16,640 nt of DNA, from NCBI RefSeq assembly GCF_006345805.1, contig NW_021825539.1, positions 1-16,640 of the forward strand, in the 5' to 3' direction. A model generated the notes under the pieces. That model was not told the origin of the DNA, searched no databases, and saw nothing but the letters and a program-made list of their open reading frames with translations. A program made the position numbers and the translations under genes. Source of the DNA: Octopus sinensis (taxonomy: Eukaryota). Of this stretch, positions 1-8,672 are shown one piece after another (position 1 is the stretch's first letter; the number at the start of each line of letters is the position of its first letter).

Positions 1-380
1 ACCACTCAGAGAGCGCAAACCTCTGCCAAGGCAGCACCAACGTCCTCTCAACGATTAACCGGGGATGATTTTTGAAATGAAAATATTTCAAATAAACTCG
101 ACTGCTCTCACGAGAATACTAACAGTGAACCCGATCGCTCTCAAACATTAAGTAAAAAAACTGGAAAAATAATCCAGAATTCTTGTCCGGCACTGGATTG
201 ATCCTAAAATCTAATCAGTTCGTGCCAGTCACGAGGCCAAACATCCCTGAAACTTTCATCCGAATCCATCTTGCGGTTCTTGAGATATCTTGTCCACGGT
301 TCAAACAAACCAACCCAACAAGAAATAACTGAAACTGAAAGAAACACATAAACCCCACCCTTCGCTAAGGCGGAGGTAAT
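1..380 (-). mobile_element. Non-autonomous Helentron-associated (HINE-like) element, 3' end at or just beyond the window edge
   Basis: Sub-terminal inverted repeats ACCTCTGCC (19-27) and GGCGGAGGT (369-377), 8/9 match. On the minus strand: an imperfect 5' hairpin (ACCTCCGCCTT-AGCG-AAGGGTGGGGT), then a short GTTT/GGTT-like tract, and a small 3' stem-loop CGCTC-TCT-GAGTG (3-15) just after the second subTIR. This asymmetric subTIR plus 3' hairpin layout is the HINE architecture. Confidence 0.6.
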
Positions 381-384
381 AATA

Positions 385-588
385 CTTCTAATACAGGTAT
401 AAGGTATGAAATCAGGTTGAAGTGGACTTGTCAATCATGTAAACCCGGTGCTCAACTAGTGCTTTATTTATCGACCCCCGAAAGAATGAAAGGCAATAGT
501 TTGACTGCAGTGGAATCAAGACTCAGAACGCAAAGACGGATTGAAAAATGTTAAGCATTTTGTCCGGTGTGGTAACGATTCTGTCAGC
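385..588 (-). mobile_element. tRNA-derived SINE, family A (MetaSINE-like central domain), diverged
   Basis: Reverse complement has an A-box-like TGACAGAATCGTTAC and the central CCTTTCATTCTTTCGGGGGTCGATAAA motif shared with copies at 630, 2038, 12101, 12292 and 12565. Confidence 0.65.
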
Positions 589-629
589 AAGTTTTAATGA
601 TAACCTAGGCAAGGGTCAGCAACAGCGAA

Positions 630-762
630 CCCAGTAGTTATTTCATCGTCAGTGAAAGGATGAAAAGCAAAGTCGACCGCAGCGTAATTAGAACACAGAA
701 CGCAAAGATGGACCAAATGAGGCTAAGCACTTTCACCGGCGCGCTAACGATTCTGCCAGTTC
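630..762 (-). mobile_element. tRNA-derived SINE, family A, partial
   Basis: Minus strand begins GAACTGGCAGAATCGTTAGCGCGCCGG (A-box-like) and contains GTCGACTTTGCTTTTCATCCTTTC. Confidence 0.65.
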
Positions 763-768
763 AATGCT

Positions 769-770
<2 letters not shown>

Positions 771-842
<72 letters not shown>
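771..842. repeat. (AAT)24 perfect microsatellite
   Basis: Uninterrupted AAT units, seen as 24 Asn in ORF 660..857. Confidence 0.97.
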
Positions 843-843
<1 letters not shown>

Positions 844-845
<2 letters not shown>

Positions 846-1365
846 CATGGCTTCTGATCTTAACTGATTGGAAGTGTTATCATGTACATTGTTTTGTCTT
901 GGTATAAAAGATGGGCTACAGCAAATATTCTGCTCAATACCACAGATTTGCTTGTCAGTTGTTTGACCTTAACCGGTTGAGCATGTCCCTTAGTGGCTGA
1001 CAATACGTGCATCTCTGATCACGAGCAGAAGTAGTGGGGGAGCATCATAGCCATGTGTTGAGAGGGATTCTTTGGAGTTTGAATAATTCACCTCTGGAAA
1101 CATAGGTGTTTCGTTCAACATCCTAAAGCAACCCTTATTCAGGGACCCTTTGAGCAGGATGGCTACTCGACCTGAAGAAAATTCTAACTGGCCCACCTGC
1201 AAGGTCATTGTGCTGTTTATCTTGATATGAGATCACAGTCGCGCACATATGGTTGTGATGCATGTGCCTGGTGTACCTTTATCAAGACGGGTAGTATGAT
1301 GGGTATGCTGGCTTCGTATATTTTACCCCAGTGTCACTTTGATGGTATGCACTGCTCTCTCACTC
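844..1365 (+). mobile_element. (AAT)n-associated non-coding interspersed element, copy 1 (5'-truncated)
   Basis: High identity to 1431-1899 and 4304-4857, same 3' end (CTGCTCTCTCACTC then AAT repeats), lacks the first ~25 nt of copy 3. The strand is inferred from the fixed 3' end and variable 5' end. Confidence 0.8.
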
Positions 1366-1391
1366 AATAATAATAATAATAATATAATAAT

Positions 1392-1430
<39 letters not shown>
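1366..1430. repeat. (AAT)n microsatellite
   Basis: AAT run between element copies 1 and 2. Confidence 0.95.
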
Positions 1431-1431
<1 letters not shown>

Positions 1432-1899
1432 TGGTATAAAAGATGGGCTACAGCAAATATTCTTCTCAATACCACAGATTTGCTTGTCAGTTGTTTGACC
1501 ATAACCAGTTGAGCATGTCCCTTAGTGGCTGACGATATGTGCATCTCTGATCACGAGCAGAAGTAGTGGGGGAGCATCATAGCCATGTGTTGAGAGGGAT
1601 TCTTTGGGGTTTGAATAATTCACCTCTGGAAACATGGGTGGTCTTTCAACATCCTTAAACAACCCATATTCAGGGACCTTTTGAGCGAGATGGGCTACTC
1701 AACCTGAAGAAAATTCTAACTGGGCCCCACTTGCAAGGTCATGCACTGTTTATCTTGATATGAGATCACCATGTCGCGCACATATGGTTGTGATGCATGT
1801 GCCTGGTGTACCCTTATCAGACGGGTAGTCATGATGGGTAATTGGGCTTCGTATATTTTACCCAGTGTCACGTTGATGGCATGAACTGCTCTCTCACTC
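1431..1899 (+). mobile_element. (AAT)n-associated non-coding interspersed element, copy 2 (more 5'-truncated)
   Basis: Starts at TTGGTATAAAAGATGGG, ~85 nt into the longest copy, and has the same 3' end as copies 1 and 3. Confidence 0.8.
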
Positions 1900-1933
<34 letters not shown>

Positions 1934-1988
1934 TCATAATGATATATAATAATAATAATAATAATATAATAATGATTAATAATAAATA

Positions 1989-2022
<34 letters not shown>

Positions 2023-2037
2023 TAATAATAATAATAA
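1900..2037. repeat. Interrupted (AAT)n microsatellite
   Basis: AAT run with occasional GAT units and dropped bases. Confidence 0.93.
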
Positions 2038-2250
2038 TCCTTTCTATTAAAGGCTCAAGACTTGAAACTAGCGGGGAGGGGACTAGTCGGTTATTTCGAC
2101 GCCAGTCTTTCACTGGTCCTTAATAATTCGATCCCGAAAGGATGAAAGACAAAGTTGAATCGGAATTTGAACTCAGAACGTAAAGAGCCGGAAGAAATGC
2201 TGCTAAACAGTTTGTTCGGTGTACTAACAATTCTGACTAATCTCCATCCT
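2038..2250 (-). mobile_element. tRNA-derived SINE, family A, near full length
   Basis: B-box GAGTTCAAATTCC (reverse complement of 2162-2174), central CTTTCATCCTTTCGGGATCGA motif, and a 3' part like the 385-588 copy. Confidence 0.7.
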
Positions 2251-2384
2251 TCAATAATGATAACAATAATAATGATGATGGACTCTCTCGTCGAAGTCGA
2301 CATATATGTGTTCAGCCTTTGCCGAATGACCTGCACAAATACTTTGCTTTAAGTAATCGATTGTATGTGCTGTACATCGACTCA

Positions 2385-2509
2385 CTCAATCCATGAAATC
2401 GCCGTTGCCTGAACAAGTGCACGCTGTACCACGTGCCAGATGTCGAAGTGAACACAAAACAACGTGAGATGAAGTGGTTTGCTCAAGAGCACAGTGCACT
2501 ACCCGGTCT
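2385..2509 (-). mobile_element. CORE-type SINE fragment lacking the tRNA head
   Basis: Minus strand GTGCTCTTGAGCAAACCACTTCATCTCAC resembles the CORE motif (GTGnCCTTGGGCAAGnCACTT). It is cut off on the head side by the AAT array. Confidence 0.45.
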
Positions 2510-2547
2510 AATAATAATAATAATAATAAATAATAATAATAATATAA

Positions 2548-2578
<31 letters not shown>

Positions 2579-2886
2579 AAATATAATAATAATGAATAAT
2601 AATATGATAATAAATAAATAATATAATAATAAATAATAATAAATAATAATAATAAATAATAATAATAATAATAAAATGATAATAATAATGATAATAATAA
2701 AAAAAATAATTTAATAAATAATAATAATATAATATAATAAATGATAAGAATAATAATAATAATAATAATGATAATAAATAATAATAATACGAAATAATAA
2801 TGATAACAATAACAATAATAATAATAATAATAATAATAATAAGTTAATAATAATAATAATGATAACAAATAATAATAATAATAATA

Positions 2887-2914
<28 letters not shown>

Positions 2915-2917
<3 letters not shown>

Positions 2918-2975
2918 CACCAGCATGGAGCCAACTGGTACAAATGTTAAGCAAAAATCAAACATAAAACAAAAC
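2915..2975 (+). repeat. ~60-nt mini-unit embedded in AAT array, copy A
   Basis: AAACACCAGCATGGAGCCAACTGGTACAAATGTTAAGCAAAAATCAAACATAAAAC, near-identical to 3686-3750 and 5043-5101. Confidence 0.85.
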
Positions 2976-3009
<34 letters not shown>

Positions 3010-3121
3010 TAATAATAATAACAACAAATAATAATATAATAAAATAATAATAATATAATAAAATAATAATAATAATTAATAATAATAATAACAATAATAA
3101 TAATAATAATAATAATAATAC

Positions 3122-3156
<35 letters not shown>

Positions 3157-3196
3157 TAAAATATAATAATAATAATAATAATAATGATAACAATAA

Positions 3197-3228
<32 letters not shown>

Positions 3229-3379
3229 TAATAATAATAATAATAAAAGAATAATAATAATAATAATAATAGAATGATAACAATAACAATAATAACAATA
3301 ATAATCAATAATAATAATAATAATAATAATAATGATAACAATAATATAATAATAATAATAATTATAACATAAATAATAA

Positions 3380-3415
<36 letters not shown>

Positions 3416-3504
3416 GATAACAATATAATAATAATAATAAGAATAAAATAATAATAATAATAATAATGATAACATAATAATAAATAATAATAAACAATAA
3501 TAAC

Positions 3505-3543
<39 letters not shown>

Positions 3544-3592
3544 TAACAATAATAATAATAATAATAAATAATAATAATAAAATAATAATAAC

Positions 3593-3639
<47 letters not shown>

Positions 3640-3685
3640 TAACAATATAATAATAATATATAATATAATAATAATAATAATAATT

Positions 3686-3750
3686 AAAACACCAGCATGG
3701 AGCCAACTTGTACAATGTAAAGCAAAATTCAAACATCATACAACAAACAC
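3686..3750 (+). repeat. ~60-nt mini-unit embedded in AAT array, copy B
   Basis: AAAACACCAGCATGGAGCCAACTTGTACAATGTAAAGCAAAATTCAAACAT... Confidence 0.85.
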
Positions 3751-3755
3751 AATAA

Positions 3756-3800
<45 letters not shown>

Positions 3801-3872
3801 CAAATATATAATAATATAATGATATACAATAATAATAATAATAAAATAATAATAATAATAATAATAAACAAC

Positions 3873-3920
<48 letters not shown>

Positions 3921-4132
3921 CAATAATAATAATAATAATAATAATAACAATAAATAATAAATAATAATAATATAACAATAATAATAATAATAATAATAAT
4001 AAAATAATGATACAATAAAATAATAATAATAATAATACTAATACTATAACAATAATATAATAATAATAATAATAAATATAATAATGATAACATAATAATA
4101 ATAATAATAATATAATAAATAATAATGATAAC

Positions 4133-4163
<31 letters not shown>

Positions 4164-4303
4164 TTAACAATATTAATAATAATAATAACAAACAAAAATA
4201 TGATAATGATAATGATAATAATATATAATAATAATAATAATAAATAATAATAATAATAATAATAATATAATAATAATACTATAAACAAATAATAATAATA
4301 AAT

Positions 4304-4857
4304 GCCCTGATGCAGTACCAGGCAGTGGCTCTCATGGCTGCTGATCTTAATGATTGGAAGTGTTATAGCATGTACATTGTTTGTCTTGGTATAAAAGATG
4401 GGCTACAGCAAATATTCTGCTCAACACAGATTTGCTTTGCTTGTCAGTTGTTTGACCTTAACCAGTTGAGCATGTCCCTTAGTGGCTGACGATATGTGCA
4501 TCTCTGATCACGAGCAGAAGTAGTGGGGGAGCATCATAGCCATGTGTTGAGAGGGATGTTTGGGGTTTGAATAGTTCACCTCTGGAAACATGGGTGGTTC
4601 TTTCAACATCCTTAAACAACCCTTATTCAGGGACCGTTGAGCGAGATGGGCTACTCACACTGAGAGAAATTTCTAACTGGGCCCCACCTGCAAGGTCATG
4701 CTGTTTATCTTGATATGAGATCACCATTCGGGCACATATTGGTTGTGATGCATGTGCCTGGTGACCTTTATCAGACGGGTAGTCATGATGGGTATATTGG
4801 CTTCGTATATTTTACCCCAGTGTCACTTTGATGGCATGAACTGCTCTCTCATCACTC
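4304..4857 (+). mobile_element. (AAT)n-associated non-coding interspersed element, copy 3 (longest, ~554 bp)
   Basis: Begins GCCCTGATGCAGTACCAGGCAGTGGCTCTCATGG directly after AAT repeats and ends CTCTCTCATCACTC before AAT repeats. I found no TIRs and no recognisable ORF. Confidence 0.8.
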
Positions 4858-4880
4858 AATAATAATAATAATAATAATAA

Positions 4881-4927
<47 letters not shown>

Positions 4928-4934
4928 TGATAAC

Positions 4935-4978
<44 letters not shown>

Positions 4979-4982
4979 TAAC

Positions 4983-5045
<63 letters not shown>

Positions 5046-5101
5046 CACCAGCATGGAGCCAACTTGTACAAATGTGAAGCAAAAATCAAACATAAAACAA
5101 C

Positions 5102-5153
<52 letters not shown>

Positions 5154-5186
5154 TAATAATAACAACAACAATATTAATAATAATAA
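4858..5186. repeat. (AAT)n tracts flanking mini-unit C
   Basis: AAT runs containing GATAAC variants (e.g. 4977). Confidence 0.93.
5043..5101 (+). repeat. ~60-nt mini-unit embedded in AAT array, copy C
   Basis: AAACACCAGCATGGAGCCAACTTGTACAAATGTGAAGCAAAAATCAAACATAAAAC. Confidence 0.85.
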
Positions 5187-6092
5187 GGTGGACGTGGGCT
5201 GATTAGCGTTCGGGAGTGCATCAACAGTGAAAGAAGAACCGTGGCAGAATATTTGGTAAACAGCAAACAAGACCTGCGACAGTATGCTGCTAATGCAGAA
5301 AGATTTAACAAAAATGGACATGTGAGAGCTCTTGAATTCCGATCAAGAGACGCCTACTTCGCATGGAATTGCATGGTCAGTCCCACCGTGAAACCAACAA
5401 ATTAAAAGACCAGGAAGCATCATGGAGGTGGCTCAACAAGGGTGACCTGAAAGAAGGCATTGAATATCAACTTATTGAAAAAGCATATATACCACACATG
5501 TATAAAGAGCCTCTGCAGAATGTGTGGGGAGAGGGTCGAAAGTGTGACTCACATTGTTAGTACTTGTGAAAGTCTTGTGCAGAAAGAGTACAAGCGTAGA
5601 CTCGACAGGTTAGCCCAAAGCCTCCACTGCTTACAATGCTGTATGTATATGAAGTTACGGGTATTTGGTACCAACATACACCGGAAAAAGTAATGGGCGA
5701 AAAGAGGAAGGCAAAAATCCTCTGGGACTTTGACTTCCAGACAGACAAGGTGTTAGAGCACCGAAGGCGGGAGATAGTAACGTTTAAGAGGAACAAACAA
5801 GAGTGCCTAATAATTGAGGTAGCAGTGTGAGGAGATCAACATATTATCAGGAAAGAAAGAGAAAAGATTGATAAATATGGAGATCTGAGAAGTGAGATCA
5901 CTAAGATGTGGCAGGTACGAGAGTCAAACATAAAGGTTATCCCTATTGTCATCGGAGCATTGGGTTCAATATCACCCAATCTGAAAAAAAAAAATCTGAA
6001 AAACCTTAGAAATACCCTACAATCTAGGTGTATTGCAAAAGTCGGCATTACTTGGAACTGCATGCATATTGCGTAAAGTACCGTCGGCCTGA
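5187..6092 (+). pseudogene. Disrupted C-terminal part of R4/Dong ORF (post-RT region, zinc knuckle, REL endonuclease)
   Basis: Needs several frameshifts to join ORFs 5363..5560, 5460..5693 and 5636..5830. It has an in-frame TGA at 5828-5830 (AV*GD), the catalytic PD replaced by RE, and the natural stop TGA at 6090-6092. Confidence 0.85.
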
Positions 6093-6185
6093 GGTCCTTT
6101 TATGACTTGGCAAATAGTACAAACCCCTGGAAGACACAATATCTTCAATGAACAACCTCATGATATTGTATACTGTGCGACGTCT
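5187..6185 (+). mobile_element. 5'-truncated R4/Dong-clade non-LTR retrotransposon (restriction-like endonuclease type)
   Basis: Joined frames give GGRGL (5187-5201), LHGQ, WRWLNKGDLK, CCHC knuckle CRMCGERVESVTHIVSTC, EYKRRLD (canonical RHD), WYQHTP, KILWDFDFQTD, HRRREIV (canonical HRRPDIV), KEREKIDKYGDL, PIVIGALG and LQKSALLGTACILRKV. A 93-nt 3' UTR follows, then AAC/AAT repeats. Both flanks are AAT repeats, the known Dong target. Confidence 0.9.
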
Positions 6186-6242
6186 AACAATAACAACAAC
6201 AACAATAACAACAATAACAACAACAACAACAACAACAACAAC

Positions 6243-6273
<31 letters not shown>

Positions 6274-6305
6274 TGATAATAATAATAATAATGATGATGA
6301 TAGTA
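6186..6305. repeat. Compound (AAC)n-(AAT)n-(GAT)n microsatellite, tail or target of the R4/Dong copy
   Basis: Directly follows ...GCGACGTCT. Confidence 0.93.
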
Positions 6306-6408
6306 ATGATTATTTCTTTTATTTGCCACAAACATGAAGGATGAGGTAGACAATACAAAGACAGACATAAAGTGTGGGAGTTTACATATAATGAAATGAT
6401 AAAAAAAA

Positions 6409-6466
6409 TGGTGCCCCAGCATGGCCGCGGCCTTCGGGCTAAAACATTTTAAAGGATTTAAGGATT
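6409..6466 (+). mobile_element. SINE 3' tail fragment
   Basis: TGGTGCCCCAGCATGGCCGCGG...GCTAAAACA parallels GGTGCTCCAGCATGGCCACAG...CTGAAACA of tails at 7463, 8673 and 11093-11150. Confidence 0.5.
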
Positions 6467-6849
6467 TATACACGGTATGCACTGAAAAAAGAAAAGGGAC
6501 AACTGCACAGCATACAAAGGTTTAAAAAATAGTGGCGGGGAGGATGATAGAGATGTGACTTCTAGAGATAATCGAGGGTCCCCGCTCTCTGAGATTTCCC
6601 TGAAACCCTAGAGCAAGTGCCCGCTCCAATTCCTTCTCTCCCACTCACAGGTCTACACTTAGAGAGGTACCATCCACTCTCGCCAGTTTCGTAACTTTCA
6701 CCCACATTTCAATACGCTCACTCGGGGACAGCACTTCCCTCTTCACACTCGATTTCCTTCATATACATACACACACACACACACACACACATATATAATA
6801 TATATAGTAGAAATATTTACAAAAGAAAATATAAAATACACGTGGAAAT

Positions 6850-7249
6850 GTAAGGTAAAAATTGAAAAATCAACGAAAATGCACATTGTAAATATAAAAG
6901 GCTATTTATGACAGGTACGACAAATAAACATTTAGAATGACTGGTAGTAATACGAGTCATAAAAGTCATTATTATGAGATGATTAAAAGATGATAATAAA
7001 GTAAGAGAACAAAGCGAACCATGTGTATTCGCCGGTGTTTTTCAAGCGATGAATAGCTTTGCGTAAACTATGGTTCGCTTTGTTCTCTTAATTTATTATC
7101 ATCTTTTAATCATCTCATAATAATGACTTTTATGACTCGTATTACTACCTCAGTCATTCTAAATGTATATATTTGTCGTTACCTGTCATAAATAGCCTTT
7201 TTATATTTACAAAGTGCATTTTCGCTGAATTTTCATATTTTATCCCTAT
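6850..7249. mobile_element. Long foldback/palindrome (MITE-like), ~160-175-bp arms with 47-bp spacer
   Basis: 6863-7022 is the inverted complement of 7070-7235 with few mismatches or indels. Weaker matching extends to ~6850/7249. The spacer is 7023-7069. Confidence 0.8.
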
Positions 7250-7427
7250 ATATATATAGTGCAAACGGAGTTAGCGGTTGTAGTAACCGACTAAGGGATA
7301 AAATATCTGTATGTACTATCGGTATCCATTACCCGTGTTATCTCTGGGCATTGGTGTGTAGGCATACTATACACGTGGATGGCAGGTAAGAACAGGATAA
7401 ACAAGCGTTTTAGCAGAAATAATGTAT

Positions 7428-7462
<35 letters not shown>

Positions 7463-7530
7463 TTAAGGCGGTGCTCCAGCATGGCCACAGTCAAATGACT
7501 GAAACAAGTAAAAGAATAAAAGAATAATAT
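7463..7530 (+). mobile_element. SINE family B 3' tail (duplicated at 8673-8740)
   Basis: TTAAGGCGGTGCTCCAGCATGGCCACAGTCAAATGACTGAAACAAGTAAAAGAATAAAAGAATA matches the reverse complement of 11093-11150 and 15225-15290. Confidence 0.75.
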
Positions 7531-7868
7531 AATACACACACATACTCACATATATATGTATATGTATGTATGTATACATATATATGCATGTATATGCATG
7601 TATATACACACATACACAAATACATATACATACATACACATATGTGTGCGTGTGTACCTGCGCGCGCGTGTGTGTGTGTAAGCAAGGTGTACATTATGGT
7701 AATCTAATAGCATTTATGATTTTAATCGAAATCCAAGAAGTCTAACAGAAACGTACAAAAAAGTTACGAAGCCATTATTAACGGAATTATGTAAGAGACT
7801 ATTAATAAACGAATTAGGAATTTCTGTTGTTTATATCTTCTGCGAACAGTGAAGAAAAGTGTATCTTT

Positions 7869-8399
7869 AAAACGCCGCCCGTCCAATGGACGGTGCTGAA
7901 TCATATCTGCTGAATAAAAAGCAATCAGTGTTTTCTTTCCATTAAAAAATAATTGAGCATGCCTTTATTTCAATAAAATTTTTGGTTTTGTTAAACGAAG
8001 TTAAGGCAAAAAAAAAAAAAATCTTGAGAAACCAAATAGTCTTTCCTTCCTTCATGTCAAGTTTGAAGAAAATATCTCTTTTGCATCTTACATTTTGGTC
8101 TCTTAAATATACTGCATTTTGTGGCATTATTTCAAGCCAGCGCTCTTTTTTTGCGCAAACTGCACGTGCAATTTTCTCGCGTACGCGTAGTATCGATCGC
8201 AACAGCTGATGTACTTGTCCGTACAAATGCACGTTCCCACGGCTTTATCAATCGCATTCTCACTTGAATTCGATTTTTGTAATTTTTTCAAGACTTATAC
8301 ACGCCCTGATACCGTCGGTATCTACATATCAAATTTGAGCGCAATTGGATGGAGGATGCCCGAGATCCTAGAAGACACCAGACAGAACGGATTATATAG

Positions 8400-8400
<1 letters not shown>
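7869..8400 (-). mobile_element. Non-autonomous Helitron, 3' terminal CTRR missing
   Basis: Minus strand starts A^TCTATATAATCCGTTCTGTCT. 8239-8400 is homologous to 14566-14743. 7869-7899 matches 15084-15114 at 28/31 and contains hairpin CCGTCC-ATT-GGACGG. Confidence 0.7.
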
Positions 8401-8487
<87 letters not shown>

Positions 8488-8609
8488 GATATATATATAT
8501 ATATATATATGTATGTATACGTATATATATATTGTCTACTCCGTATGCAGAGTTTGACCAACCACCTCCTGCACTTAAAACCGTCATGGCATCTGATGTG
8601 GCTTTTTAA

Positions 8610-8670
<61 letters not shown>

Positions 8671-8672
<2 letters not shown>

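Larger units (their letters stand above)
2510..4303. repeat. ~1.8-kb degenerate (AAT)n array with recurrent GATAAC and AAC variant units
   Basis: Continuous AAT repeats with two embedded ~60-nt units. It gives the poly-I/Y/L ORFs in the track. Confidence 0.95.
7461..8613. repeat. Tandem duplication, copy 1 (~1.15 kb)
   Basis: Collinear with 8671-9797 (offset 1210 at start, 1184 at end), separated by (TA)n. Confidence 0.95.

Noticed and set aside
630-762. tRNA genes suggested by A/B boxes here and in other copies
   Set aside because: No cloverleaf or acceptor stem. The boxes are attached to SINE bodies and are degenerate.
2918-2930. CCAGCATGG shared between the mini-unit and the SINE tails
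   Set aside because: Only a 9-bp match with unrelated flanks, too short to infer common origin.
4304-4380. HDV-like ribozyme at the 5' end of the ~555-bp element (expected for some R2/R4 derivatives)
   Set aside because: Only a short CCTG/CAGG stem and a CTCTCATGG patch are present. I could not build P1-P4 with canonical spacing. An RNAMotif or Infernal search of the consensus would settle it.
2915-5101. Repeated ~60-nt and ~555-bp units as a CRISPR-like array
   Set aside because: The context is eukaryotic, the intervening sequence is microsatellite rather than unique spacers, spacing is irregular, and there are no cas genes.
2386-5321. Long ORFs of 120-218 aa rich in I/L/Y/N
   Set aside because: They are translations of (AAT)n/(ATT)n microsatellite, which lacks stops in several frames, and have no domain content.
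6470-6770. Relatively GC-rich unique-looking stretch as promoter or exon
   Set aside because: No ORF, splice pair or motif cluster that I can support.
7040-7090. GCGATGA-ATAGC-TTT-GCGTAAAC in the foldback spacer as a third hammerhead
   Set aside because: It lacks CUG and GAAA, and no stem I or stem III pairing could be found.
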